Shown: positions 1 through 11,361 of the stretch, one piece after another | Layout: each line of letters starts with the position of its first letter | Numbering within the stretch: the first letter of the stretch is position 1 | Source of the DNA: Heterodontus francisci | Taxonomy: Eukaryota | NCBI RefSeq assembly: GCF_036365525.1 | Contig: NC_090396.1 | Span: 26,202,283-26,266,282, forward strand | Length of the DNA: 64,000 bases | Direction of reading: 5' to 3' | Program-made: the position numbers and the translations under genes | Notes under the pieces: generated by a model | The model's database searches: none | The model's input: the letters and a program-made list of their open reading frames with translations, nothing else | What the model was told of the DNA's origin: nothing

Positions 1-215
1 ACAAAAGATGTAATACTGCATTGAATAACTGCTTTGAAAAAGATATATGATAAATATCTGGTTGTAAGGGTAAGATAGAAATAGATATTGTCTAATGCTG
101 TGTGGAGGACAATCACACCTGAGCTGCTGCAGCCTTGAAAAACAGGGAAATTACCTGGTCAGAGATAACTTGTGTAGACTGTAAGGAAAAAAAAGAGTTT
201 GCATTTATAGACAGT

Positions 216-974
216 GATCAGAATTTTTCATTGGGCCAGAGGCCCTGCCCACCGGCTGAAAGGTTGGGGGTGAGACTGCCTACACCGGGCCTGGGGAGCC
301 ACGTCAGGATTTTTCACTCCCGTGCCTTTAATTGATCTTGGGTGGGACTTCCTGTCTCAAAGAGGCAGGATGTCCTGCCTAATGGAGCTGCCAGCCAATC
401 AGTGGGCTGGTAGCTCTTAGTCCCAGCAAGCCACCGGGAGCGGTGGCCACTGCTGGGACGACACCAAGCCATCGCAAGGAAGGTGAAAGTTGGCCCCGGA
501 AGACAGGTAAGTGTCCCTGGCAAGGCCCTAAAAATTCAGCCAAGCCCCGGCGAGGCAAGGAGGGTTGGTTTGGGAGGCGGAGGGAGTGTTGTGAGTTGGG
601 GGTGGTTGGGACTTCAGGCGCAGCCCTTTGTGGGGCACAGGGAGCCCAATCAGGAGGGTCCTACCCCTCCAATCCCACAAGAAGGGCACCTGGTTTTAAC
701 AGGCAGCGTTCCTGAGGCTTCTGCCATCCGGCTGCCGAGGGTAAAACGGCCATGGCGACAGGAGGAAGCCCTTAAGTGCCTGTTAATTGGCCACTTAAAG
801 GTCTTGATTGGCATGAGTAGGGTGGGTTGTTTCTTGCCGCCGCTGTCCCACGTACAATTGCAGCGGGGGCAGGAGGGGGTCAGGAATGGCCCCCCCCCAC
901 TCAATTTTACGTCCCCCCCCCCCCCCCTCCACCCACCTCTAGCCCACTTGTTTGGGGGCTGTAAAATTTCAGCC
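216..974 (+). mobile_element. PIF/Harbinger-type non-autonomous element (MITE), GC-rich multi-hairpin family
   Basis: Degenerate TIRs (GATCAGAATTTT / AAAATTTCAGCC) and 3-bp TSD AGT (213-215, 975-977). It shares the internal CTTAAGTG..CACTTAA palindrome with other copies. Confidence 0.75.
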
Positions 975-989
975 AGTAGTTCCTTTCAA

Positions 990-1134
990 AGCTCAGGATG
1001 TGCCAAGCACTTTACAGCCAATGAAGTGCAGGCACACCTGCAATGTAGGAAACGTGACAGCCAACTTGTGCACAACGAACACCAATGAGATAATGACCAG
1101 ATAGTCTGTTTTGGTGATGTTGGTTAAGGGATAA
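990..1134 (-). mobile_element. SacSINE1/Deu-like SINE, 3' half (split by an LTR)
   Basis: Reverse complement of the 3' part of the + strand copy at 61375-61790. It continues at 4758. Confidence 0.65.
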
Positions 1135-1379
1135 TGTTATGAATGCTGGACTTTGTAACTTGATTGTGTTTTATAAACTGTGATTTTTTTAAAGTTTAGT
1201 ATGGAGTCCAAGAAGTCAGGTGACCTCACATCAACTTTACTTAAAGACGATGGAAATCTTGGTTACCAGGACAACAGAGAACAAAGATCAAAGACTGCTT
1301 TTTGAAAATCAGAGACTGCAGTGATAACACCTGAAGAACAATGGGTTTAACACTCCCAGACTTTTGGATCATTAACAAG

Positions 1380-2057
1380 GGCCGGAATGTTATGGTCCCC
1401 GCTGGAGCAAGCTGGAGGCAGGAGGGGCGTAAAATTGAACGGGAGGTGGGGATGCCATTCTGATTGTCTTCCCGCCCTGCTGCAATTTTATGAGCGTGTG
1501 GAGATGACAAACAGCCTGTCCGCCCTAGGTCAATTAAGGCCCTTAAGTGGCCAATTAATTGCCACTTAAGAGCCTCCTCCTGCCACTGCTGGGATATTAC
1601 CAGCAGCTGGTGGCTCAGCACCTCAGGAGGCCGCCCAGTAAAACCTGGCAACTTCCTTGCAGGCTTGGGGGGCCTTCCTGATTGGACAACCTGTGCCCCA
1701 CGGAGGGCCCTCCCTGCCTCGCTGGGGCCCAGCCGATTGTCCCCAGAAAGGTCCCACACACTTACCTCAATTCTGGGGCGTCCTCCATTGCTTCTACTTT
1801 CGCTGGGTGCAGTCCGAACAGTGGCCACCGTGTCCAGTGGTGCTGCTGGGACTGAAAAGCTGCTAGCCCACTGATTAGCCGGCAGCTCCTGGAGGCGGGA
1901 CTTCCTTCCTCAGAGGGGTATAAGTGCCGCCCGAGGCCAATTAATGGCCTGGGCCACGTAGAATCATGAAGTGGCGTCCAGGCCTGACGGAGGAGGGCTC
2001 TCCCCCGACTTTTTGGCCAGTGAAGGGTGGCATCAGCCCCGACATAAAATTCCATCC
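1380..2057 (-). mobile_element. Harbinger-type MITE (same family as 216-974, opposite orientation)
   Basis: TIRs GGCCGGAATGTTAT / ATAAAATTCCATCC, TSD AAG, and central palindrome at about 1537-1575. Confidence 0.8.
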
Positions 2058-2236
2058 AAGGAGTCAGTGATTCTGAGGATGCAAATGTACCAGGCAGCTG
2101 TTAACACCTGGAAACAATGGAAGCCCAGGTGGCTCTGTGAAACTGAACTTCTGGACTTTGCATATTGGAAAAGGACAAATGCTATTGTCATTTGATTCCA
2201 GATAAATTTAACAGTTCTGAAGGCAGACAGGCTGTA

Positions 2237-4175
2237 CAGAAGAAGAAGGCTTATGTTAGGATGAGACGTGAAGGCTCAGTTAGGGCGCTTGAGAGCTACA
2301 AGCTAGCCAGGAAGGATCTAAAGGGAGAGCTAAGAAGAGCAAGGAGAGGACACGAGAAGTCATTGGTGGATCGGATCAGGGAAAACCCTAAGGCTTTCTA
2401 TAGGTATATCAGGAATAAAAGAATGACTAGAGTTAGATTAGGGCCAATCAAGGATAGTAGTGGGAAGTTGTGTGTGGAATCAGAGGAGATAGGGGAAGTG
2501 TTAAATGAATATTTTGCGTCAGTATTTACAGTAGAGAAAGAAAATGTTGTTGAGAATACTGAGATTCAGGCTACGAGGCTAGATGGGATTGAGGTTCACA
2601 AGGAGGAGGTGTTAGCAATTTTGGAAAGTGTGAAAATAGATAAGTCCCCTGGGCCAGATGGGATTTATCCTAGGATTCTCTGGGAAGCTAGGGAGGAGAT
2701 TGCAGAGCCTTTGTCCTTGATCTTTATGTCGTCATTGTCGACAGGAATAGTGCCGGAAGACTGGAGGATTGCAAATGTTGTCCCCTTGTTCAAGAAGGGG
2801 AGTAGAGACAGCCCTGGTAATTATAGACCTGTGAGCCTTACTTCGGTTGTGGGTAAAATGTTGGAAAAGGTTATAAGAGACAGGATTTATAATCATCTTG
2901 AAAAGAATAAGTACATTAGAGATAGTCAGCACGGTTTTGTGACGGGTAGGTCGTGCCTCACAAACTTTATTGAGTTTTTCGAGAAGGTGACCAAACAGGT
3001 GGATGAGGGTAAAGCAGTGGATGTGGTGTATATGGATTTCAGTAAGGCGTTTGATAAGGTTCCCCACGGTAGGCTATTGCAGAAAATACGGAAGTATGGG
3101 GTTGAAGGTGATTTAGAGCTTTGGATCAGAAATTGGCTAGCTGAAAGAAGACAGAGGGTGGTGGTTGATGGCAAATGTTCATCCTGGAGTTTAGTTACTA
3201 GTGGTGTACCGCAAGGATCTGTTTTGGGGCCATTGCTGTTTGTCATTTTTATAAATGACCTGGAAGAGGGTGTAGAAGGGTGGGTTAGTAAATTTGCAGA
3301 TGACACTAAGGTCGGTGGAGTTGTGGATAGTGCCGAAGGATGTTGTAGGGTACAGAGAGACATAGATAGGCTGCAGAGCTGGGCTGAGAGATGGCAAATG
3401 GAGTTTAATGCGGAAAAGTGTGAGGTGATTCACTTTGGAAGGAGTAACAGGAATGCAGAGTACTGGGCTAATGGGAAGATTCTTGGTAGTGTAGATGAAC
3501 AGAGAGATCTTGGTGTCCAGGTGCATAAATCCCTGAAGGTTGCTAACCAGGTTAATAGGGCTGTTAAGAAGGCATATGGTGTGTTAGCTTTTATTAGTAG
3601 GGGGGTCGAGTTTCGGAGCCACGAGGTCATGCTGCAGCTGTACAAAACTCTGGTGAGACCGCACCTGGAGTATTGCGTGCAGTTCTGGTCACCGCATTAT
3701 AGGAAGGATGTGGAAGCTATGGAAAGGGTGCAGAGGAGATTTACTAGGATGTTGCCTGGTATGGAGGGAAGGTCTTACGAGGAAAGGCTGAGGGACTTGA
3801 GGTTGTTTTCGTTGGAGAGAAGGAGGAGGAGAGGTGACTTAATAGAGACATATAAGATAATCAGAGGGTTAGATAGGGTGGATAGTGAGCGTCTTTTTCC
3901 TCGGATGGTGATGGCAAATACGAGGGGACATAGCTTCAAGTTGAGGGGTGATAGATATAGGACAGATGTGAGAGGTAGTTTCTTTACTCAGAGAGTAGTA
4001 AGGGTGTGGAACGCCCTGCCTGCAGCAGTAGTAGATTCGCCAACTTTAAGGGCATTTAAGTGGACATTGGATAGACACATGGATGAAAATGGAATAGTGT
4101 AGGTCAGATGGTTTCACAGGTCGGCGCAACATCGAGGGCCGAAGGGCCTGTACTGCGCTGTAATGTTCTAAAAAA
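2237..4175 (+). mobile_element. 5'-truncated CR1 LINE (young)
   Basis: CR1 ORF2 RT and C-terminus, followed by a CR1 3' UTR (GGGCCGAAGGGCCTGT...CTGTAATGTTCTA). Confidence 0.95.
2261..4102 (+). CDS. CR1 ORF2 reverse transcriptase, endonuclease-less, open frame of 613 aa from the first in-frame ATG
   Basis: Motifs KSPGPDGI, NYRPVSLTS, QHGF, DFSKAFDKV, GVPQGSVLGP, KFADDTK and RPHLEYC, with no stop codon. The ORF-track start at 2165 is a TTG in flanking sequence. Confidence 0.85.
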   Translation: MRREGSVRALESYKLARKDLKGELRRARRGHEKSLVDRIRENPKAFYRYIRNKRMTRVRLGPIKDSSGKLCVESEEIGEVLNEYFASVFTVEKENVVENTEIQATRLDGIEVHKEEVLAILESVKIDKSPGPDGIYPRILWEAREEIAEPLSLIFMSSLSTGIVPEDWRIANVVPLFKKGSRDSPGNYRPVSLTSVVGKMLEKVIRDRIYNHLEKNKYIRDSQHGFVTGRSCLTNFIEFFEKVTKQVDEGKAVDVVYMDFSKAFDKVPHGRLLQKIRKYGVEGDLELWIRNWLAERRQRVVVDGKCSSWSLVTSGVPQGSVLGPLLFVIFINDLEEGVEGWVSKFADDTKVGGVVDSAEGCCRVQRDIDRLQSWAERWQMEFNAEKCEVIHFGRSNRNAEYWANGKILGSVDEQRDLGVQVHKSLKVANQVNRAVKKAYGVLAFISRGVEFRSHEVMLQLYKTLVRPHLEYCVQFWSPHYRKDVEAMERVQRRFTRMLPGMEGRSYEERLRDLRLFSLERRRRRGDLIETYKIIRGLDRVDSERLFPRMVMANTRGHSFKLRGDRYRTDVRGSFFTQRVVRVWNALPAAVVDSPTLRAFKWTLDRHMDENGIV

Positions 4176-4757
4176 GACCAACGGTGGCAGTCTAAGAGCA
4201 GGCTATAGGAAAGGAAGAGAACCTGTGATGGTAGCCTCAAGCAGGAGAGAAAGGATACACCTGCTCTCAGGAAATACTGATACAGAGACAGGCTGCAAAA
4301 ACCTGAATTTGTTTTGAAAGCTGATGTTTGCGGAGAAGTTAAAGCCCAACAGGATCACCTGGAAGTGCCTTTTTCATGGATGTCCAGGTGGAAAGTGCTC
4401 GGTAAAGTGAGCAAAGAGGACATTAACTTTGAGAAAGGTCTGGGAAATCCAACCCATTGCAACAGGGGGGAGTTTGGAACTTTTAACAACAAAGATTTCA
4501 CCATCAAAGAGGACTGTGTAATGTACAAGTGTGGTGTGAGGTTTTTAAGCACTTTAATAAGTAAAGAAAATACCTTGCTCTGTAATTTGGGGTATCAGCT
4601 GCTTACCAAGTACCATTTAGTTAATGGGGATTTCTTTTAGGTTAGTTGTTATAATAAAAGTCTGAAAATGTGAAACCTTATCGTGTAATTCTTTAATTTG
4701 GTCTGAGGAGCTCATATCTCATATTTTAACATTAACAGCCTCACTGACGTCATAACA

Positions 4758-4975
4758 AATAAATTTTGGTTCAGATACCAGGGTGATGTACTCGTCGAAA
4801 TAGAGTTCCAAGGAATATCTTACATCCACTTGAGAGGACAGACTGTGGATGTGATATCTCATGGCATTTCCAACTGTGCAGTATACCCTCAGTCTAGATT
4901 TTGTACACAAGTATCTGGAGTGCGACTTGATCCTGCAACCTTCTGACACAGGGCGAGAAAGTGCTACTATACAGC
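4758..4975 (-). mobile_element. SacSINE1/Deu-like SINE, 5' half
   Basis: Resumes the SINE sequence (ATAAAT..TGG) after the LTR and ends in a reversed tRNA-like head. Confidence 0.55.
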
Positions 4976-5527
4976 CACTTTAAAAATTAAAAGTCATCTT
5001 GATATCCTGCATTGATGCAACTCAAGGGCCTGGACAGTAATGTGCTTGAAGTTTGGCTGCACAGTATGCCCAGATTGCTGCACTGTGACTTACAGAAGAT
5101 GTTCAAGTCTGAGCTCTCTATCATTTATCAAATGGCAGAGAGGAGCAGGTGCTGCCTTGGCTTGTTTACTTCAACCGTTCTCTGAACCATTCTATCTGAC
5201 TCATCCTTTCACTTTTCAAAGTCAAGCCCTGATGTCTGCTGATCAGTTACAGCTAGTGCTGTCAATGCTCACAGGAGCTTTGTTAAAGAGAGACTTCATT
5301 GAAACAGCCTGCCTTGCATTACCTATTTGGCTTCAGAGTAAGTCAGTTAACTTGTAATACTCTCAATCGCATTGTCAGAAATGGCGTGGTTCTGTTGATG
5401 TCAGGACACAGTGCCCTCGCTTTTTTTAGAGGGTGGCAGTCCAACCACATGGAGAAGGCTGATGCTCGTAGCATATCTGGTGATCTGTTGACTAGATGTA
5501 CAAATCCTGAGAAGATGAAAACACTGA

Positions 5528-6342
5528 GGGCTGAATTTTACCAGCCCCCCAGGGGTTGTGGCGAGGGGGCGGCCTGGAAAATATTTCCAGGAGAGGCCCC
5601 GCCACGGGCCTCGACGCCGGGAAGGCCCCATCGCATTTTACTGGCGGCGGCAAGGCCTCAGTGCGGCCCTCCTGCCGCTCGGCTGCGGAGCCTTCATTTC
5701 AATATTTAAATAAATGTAAAAACATGCAAAAGCACTTACTTTGTCCTGATGGCCATACCAAGCCGATGTTCCGGCCTCTGGCCGGAAGCCGCATGTCTTT
5801 GGGATCTTCATTCGTAGATCCGTGACGTGACACTGGTGGGGAGGGGGAAGGAGTGAATATTTCAGGGCAGGAGGGTGGGGGAGCTGCAAAAAGCAATATG
5901 ATTGTTTCTGGGGGTGGTGGGAAGGGGTTGAGGGTCAAAGGGAATAAAGTTTGCGGGGAGGGTGAAGTTCAGGTTGGGAAGAAAAGTTTTTTTGCTGGGA
6001 TAGGCCCAAATATAAAGAGTGTGGTTATTTGGGGTGTGGGAGAGGGGCTTCCGGCTTTTATTTAATTTTTGTAACTCAACGTGAACGGAATGTGTCTTTA
6101 AAAATTTAAAATCAACTGAAGGGCTTCAAGGCCTTTAAAAATTGTGCCGGCGCCTGCACAGTGGCGCTGGACGGCGTTGCCGGGGATGGACCACCTGCCC
6201 CGGCTTCATCATTGGGGGCGAGCCTTCCGCTCCCCCCATGTTAATGAGCTGCGGCACGAAATATCACTGCGGGTTTGCAGTGCATGCCTCGTGAGTGCGC
6301 CGCGCACCTTTTGATTGGCTACAAGCTATTAAAGTCCACCCC
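5528..6342. mobile_element. Harbinger-type MITE, second subfamily
   Basis: Left TIR GGGCTGAATTTTAC, degenerate right TIR AAAGTCCACCCC, TSD TGA. CpG-rich. Confidence 0.7.
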
Positions 6343-6753
6343 TGAGCCATGCTAAGTGGTACGTAAGCAGAGATCTCTCTTTGAAACAGGATTGGGCTAT
6401 GTTCTTTTTTGCATTTGTCAATGGCCAATCGGAAGAACTGACTCTTTGCTGATAGCATCACGATCTGTGGATTGGCTGATACTGAAAAGCAAGCACGCAG
6501 GCAGATATATATACAGTAGACAAATCCTATGTTCTCTTGAGCATTGAGAAAGCCGAGACATTGGGGTAATTTGAGCCTAACCTTACCAGAAGGAAATCCC
6601 AAGGGATCGGGCAAAACATCCCTCCTGATCTCACTCTCTGATGACATATATTCCACAGGTGCTGGTTCTCCTCTACTACTTCACCCAAATGATCCCACAA
6701 CAGGTATAATCTAATACAGTGAGCACCAGTTTGGTCCAAAACTATGGGTCCTT

Positions 6754-7492
6754 GGCAGGGATTTTATCCTGGTGACAGGGGTTCTGGCAGCAGTCCGGAA
6801 GGTTGTGGGGGAGACCCTGCCTTGGCCCTGTTTCCATCCCCCGTTGCAATTTCACGGTGGGCAGCCAATTAACTGCTCGCCATTGGGGACCCCATCCCTT
6901 TAAGGCACATGCTGCTGCATCTCGAGCCGCCAGCCAATTGGAGGGCTGTAGCTCTGCAATACAGACAGCGCCACTGGGAGCAGTGGCCACTGCTGGTATT
7001 GCAGAAGGCCAATGAGGGAGAAGATGTCGGAGACCCCGGGACGCAGGTAAATGGGGTCTGAGTCACCAGGGCCAATCAGCCAGGCCCTGTGAGGTGGTGG
7101 TGAGTGTGGAGTGTGTCTTGCTTTGAGGGTGGCCATCACTGCTGGGGGGTCCCTCCAGGGGTCCATGGATTGCCCCCAGAGGAGGGATTCACATCTCCCG
7201 AGACCACTAGGAGAAGCAGATGCAGGCTCCTTCCGACTTCAATAAAATCGGAACAGAGGTGGGAGGCGGCCATTAAGTAGCCATTAAGAAATTGGCTTTT
7301 TAAGGGCCTCAATTGGCCAGGGCCGGGAAGGCCGTCCTCAGCCTTCCCCGCAGGGGACCAGGACAACGTTGTGTATGCTGCCCAACACCACCCCTTGCTA
7401 TTTTATGTGCCCCCTACCAACCTCTCCCCCCACGCCCCCCCTCTCTCCCACAGCCTCCTTTCCTGTCCCCAAGGGCAAGATAAAATCCTGCC
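6754..7492 (+). mobile_element. Harbinger-type MITE
   Basis: TIRs GGCAGGGATTTTATC / GATAAAATCCTGCC and TSD CTT. Same internal motifs as 216-974. Confidence 0.8.
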
Positions 7493-7787
7493 CTTAATCT
7501 TTCGGAGTTTGCTGATTGTACAAATCTTCTCCAGCCAATGAGAAAAGGTATAGCTTGCAGAAAATGAAATCTCAGCCCTGTTCTTTAAAATATTTGTGTG
7601 GGCGTAGGTTTAATAAACGTGGCAGATTCACAGCATTAGGCTATGGTTTTTTTTGGTGGTTCTATAACAAACACAGAAGGAACAGAAACATCTGAATCAT
7701 CTGTGTGTTCTCTGAAGCTGGCTTTTTAAACTTGTTAGATTGTAATTGTTGTTTTATCAGCATGATTCATTCGCAGAGAACTCCAAG

Positions 7788-8080
7788 GGGTAGATCTTGA
7801 CTTTGTGTGATAATGTAAAACAGGTGATACTGAGTTGGCAGCACATTTTATAGGATTGCACTAAAGACGGAAGCGCAAGGGAGAGCCAACTGTGTAACAG
7901 CCCTGGCAACCAATTTTATCTGCAGCACCTGTGGAAGAGTCTGTCACTCTGGTATTGGCCTTTATAGCCACTCCAGGCGCTGCTCCACAAATCACTGACC
8001 ACCTCCAGGCACTTACCCATTGTCTCCCGAGACAAGGAGGCCAAAGAAGAAGAAGAAGATACTGAAATCAGGATCTACCT
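7788..8080. mobile_element. Short old TIR element interrupted by an RTE fragment
   Basis: Inverted ends GGTAGATCTTGA / TCAGGATCTACC. Confidence 0.4.
7865..8058 (+). mobile_element. RTE LINE 3' fragment
   Basis: Closely matches 9110-9296 and has a (GAA)n tail. Confidence 0.85.
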
Positions 8081-8302
8081 AATTGAACCTTAATGATCTA
8101 CATTTTGCATTTTGTTTTTGTGCAATCCTCCCTGCAATTGAGATATATTCCAATCAAACAACTATTATACCTCCCTACTACCTAAAGTAAGCCTGTTGAA
8201 TAGGTTATCTACATTCCTGTATAGATTACATTGCTGTCAGCCAACATCCCATGGCACAATTTCTGCTCTGTTGTGCTGCTCTATTTAGGCACAATCAAGC
8301 TC

Positions 8303-9296
8303 CTCTTTGCTGACGATGCTGCTTTAACATCTCACACTGAAGAGTGCCTGCAGAGTCTCATCAACAGGTTTGCGGCTGCCTGCAATGAATTTGGCCGAAA
8401 CATCAGCCTCAAGAAAACGAACATCATGGGGCAGGATGTCAGAAATGCTCCATCCATCAATATTGGCGACACGCTCTGGAAGTGGTTCAAGAGTTCACCT
8501 ACCTAGGCTCAACTATCACCAGTAACCTGTCTCTAGATGCAGAAATCAACAAGCGCATGGGAAAGGCTTCCACTGCTATGTCCAGACTGGCCAAGAGAGT
8601 GTGGGAAAATGGCAAACTGACACGGAACTCAAAAGTCCGAGTGTATCAGGCCTGTGTCCTCAGTACCTTGCTCTATGGCAGCGAGGCCTGGACAACGTAT
8701 GTCAGCCAAGAGCGATGTCTCAATTCATTCCATCTTCGCTGCCTCCGGAGAATACTTGGCATCAGGTGGCAGGACCGTATCTCCAACACAGAAGTCCTCG
8801 AGGCGGCCAACATCCCCAGCTTATACACACTACTGAGTCAGCGGCGCTTGAGATGGCTTGGCCATGTGAGCCGCATAGAAGATGGCAGGATCCCCAAAGA
8901 CACATTGTACAGCCAGCTCGCCACTGGTATCAGACCCACCGGCCGTCCATGTCTCCGCTTTAAAGACGTCTGCAAACGCGACATGAAATCCTGTGACATT
9001 GATCACAAGTCGTGGGAGTCAGTTGCCAGCGTTCGCCAGAGCTGGCGGGCAACCATAAAGGCGGGGCTAAAGTGTGAGTCGAAGAGACTTAGTAGTTGGC
9101 AGGAAAAAAGACAGAGGCGCAAGGGGAGAGCCAACTGTGTAACAGCCCCGACAAACAAATTTCTCTGCAGCACCTGTGGAAGAGCCTGTCACTCTAGAAT
9201 TGGCCTTTATAGCCACTCCAGGCGCTGCTTCACAAACCACTGACCACCTCCAGGCGCTTACCCATTGTCTCTCGAGATAAGTAGGCCAAAGAAGAA
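8303..9296 (+). mobile_element. 5'-truncated RTE-clade LINE (frameshifted RT C-terminus)
   Basis: Motifs LFADDAAL, FTYLGS, LLYGSEAW, LRWLGHV and a C-terminal CxxC..H zinc motif. GAA tail and TSD AAGCTC. Confidence 0.9.
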
Positions 9297-9980
9297 AAGC
9301 TCAAATCAATGTAACCCATGTAAAGGATCGCAGAATTTTAAGCACAAATTATGTCCAGCGTAAAAATTGAGTTTCCACAATCTTAGTTTAAAAAACAATG
9401 CACTGGAAGTTGCCTCCCCTCAAAAAAAGCTGCCCACTTTGCCAGGGTGATTGAAACCACCATTGGGAGTTTCTGCTAATTGTGCTCATTTGCAGGCCTC
9501 AAGGAGGCACTAAAAATTCTGCTGGATCTTTTGGGCACAGCAACACTAGTTTAGTACGTTTTTTAAATGTCATTTTGTTTTAATTTACTAAGAAAATGAC
9601 TACTGTATCCCAATCTAACTCGCAAATGGTTCTGTACATTTCTTAAAAGTCATTTTCAGTAATTTACAATTGGGTTACTCACACGTGGTGGACTGGACAC
9701 TGACTTATTTTTGCGATAAACCGATTTTCAGCTGTATTAATCAAACTGCGTCAAGTTACCATCTGTAAATAAATCAAGGAATTTTTTTTTTAAAGCAAAA
9801 TTTTAACAAATATTACGTTTGGGCACAGCTGGTAAGAGCAGTCTAACCGCAATACACTAACTATCAGAGGTGAACATAGAGTTAGCCTTTCCTTTGGCTG
9901 CATCTTGATGAAGGATGCCCACTCAAAACATTAACCGCTTTCAGGTGTTGACAGACCAGCTGCATGACATCACTGATACT

Positions 9981-10280
9981 ATCATAGAGTCATAGATTTA
10001 TACAGCATAGAAGCAGGCCCTTCGGCCCACCGTGTCCGTGCCGGCCATCAAGCCTATCTATTCTAGTCCCATTTTCCAGCACTTGGCCTGTAGCCTTGTA
10101 TGCTACGGCGTTTCAAGTCCTCATCTAAATACTGCTTAAATGTTGTGAGGGTTCCTGCCTCTACCACCCCTTCAGGCAGTGTGTTCCAGATTCCAACCAC
10201 CCTCTGGGTGAAAATATTTTCCTCACATCCCCTCTAAACCTCCTGCCCCTTACCTTAAATCTATGCCACCTGATTATTGA
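9981..10280 (-). mobile_element. CR1 3' end fragment
   Basis: Reversed CR1 tail (CATAGAGTCATAG...CAGGCCCTTCGGCCC) followed by ORF2 C-terminal sequence. Confidence 0.8.
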
Positions 10281-10299
10281 CACCATGTTGTTGCTCACC

Positions 10300-10878
10300 A
10301 TAACTCGGATGATGTGCATGTACAAAATCCATGACTAGGAAAACACCAGCAGATCCATTGATTCCATTCAGTGATGGTACAAGTGAGCATCGCAATCCCC
10401 GCTTACCCACACCCATCAGCAGCTGTGCAATCCCCATTAAACAAATCCCAAACCAATTCAGAGGGGGGTGGGTGGAAGTCTGGGAGATTTATCTCTGACC
10501 CCTGAGGACAATTAAAACAAGCTCCAGGAGACCACAGTGACCATGAGGCTGAGCATTCAATACCCTTACTGTGAGATCAGTCTGAGTCAGGACTTCGCCC
10601 AGCTTCCTTTCGAACACTTGCAACAAATCCACAATCACTAGATGAGCCAGTAATTCCTTATAAATGTCGATGACCCTCTGTGGAAATGGAAACAATCTGA
10701 CATCTAACATTGTTCTGTGCTTTTACATTACTCATAAGCACTTTCCTGGTTCAGTCTAACATATCTAATTCAAACAGTTTATCCATATGGACACAATCTA
10801 GATCCATCATTGCTTTATAAAATCATCACTTAAATCTCCCCAAAATCTATGCTTTTCTAAAATAAAAAGACCCAGCTC
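10300..10878 (-). mobile_element. Older CR1-like 3' fragment
   Basis: ORF 10489-10710 (FPQRVIDIYKELL...FERKLG) resembles the CR1 ORF2 C-terminus. Confidence 0.5.
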
Positions 10879-11355
10879 TGGTCCTTGAGAGGTTACAGAG
10901 GAGATTTACTGGAATGGTTCCAGGAATGAGGGATTTTAGCTACAAGGTTAGGTTGGAGAAGCTGGGTTTGTTCTCCTTAGAGAAAAGGAGATTGTGGGGC
11001 GATTTGACAAAGGTGTACAAGATTATGACAGGTTTAGACAAGGTAGACAAAGAAAAGCTATTCCCATTGGCTTATGGCACAAGAACTAGGGGACACATAT
11101 TTAGGGTTTTGGGCAAGAGATGCAGAGGGGAATGTGAGGAAGTACTTTTTTATGCAGCAAGTGGGACTTGCAGCCTACGAGGGTGGTGAAAGCAGCGATA
11201 ATGATTTCAAAAGACAACTGGATGGGCAATTGAGCAAATAAACGTGTGGGGCTATGGGGATAGAGCAGGGGAATGGAACTGACTAGATTGCTCTGCAGAG
11301 AACTGGTATCGACCCGATGGGCCAAATGGCCTCCTTCTGTGCCGGAATGACACTG
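10879..11355 (+). mobile_element. CR1 3' fragment
   Basis: Peptide RLEKLGLFSLEKRRLWGDL...TRGH and tail GATGGGCCAAATGGCCTCCTTCTGTG. Confidence 0.85.
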
Positions 11356-11361
11356 TAATTT

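Larger units (their letters stand above)
1135..4757 (+). mobile_element. Solo LTR interrupted by a MITE and a CR1
   Basis: Inverted termini TGTTATGA...TCATAACA, AATAAA near the 3' end, and imperfect TSD GATAA/AATAA. It splits one SINE into two halves. Confidence 0.65.

Noticed and set aside
443-1828. Overlapping 60-200 aa ORFs with recurring peptides such as EALKWQLIGHLRALI (also at 37800 and 47924)
   Set aside because: These are translations of the palindromic MITE core. Frames and lengths are not conserved between copies.
2165-2260. N-terminal extension of the 645-aa ORF as a novel fusion protein
   Set aside because: It starts at TTG in LTR-derived flank and is a short, chance in-frame read-through.
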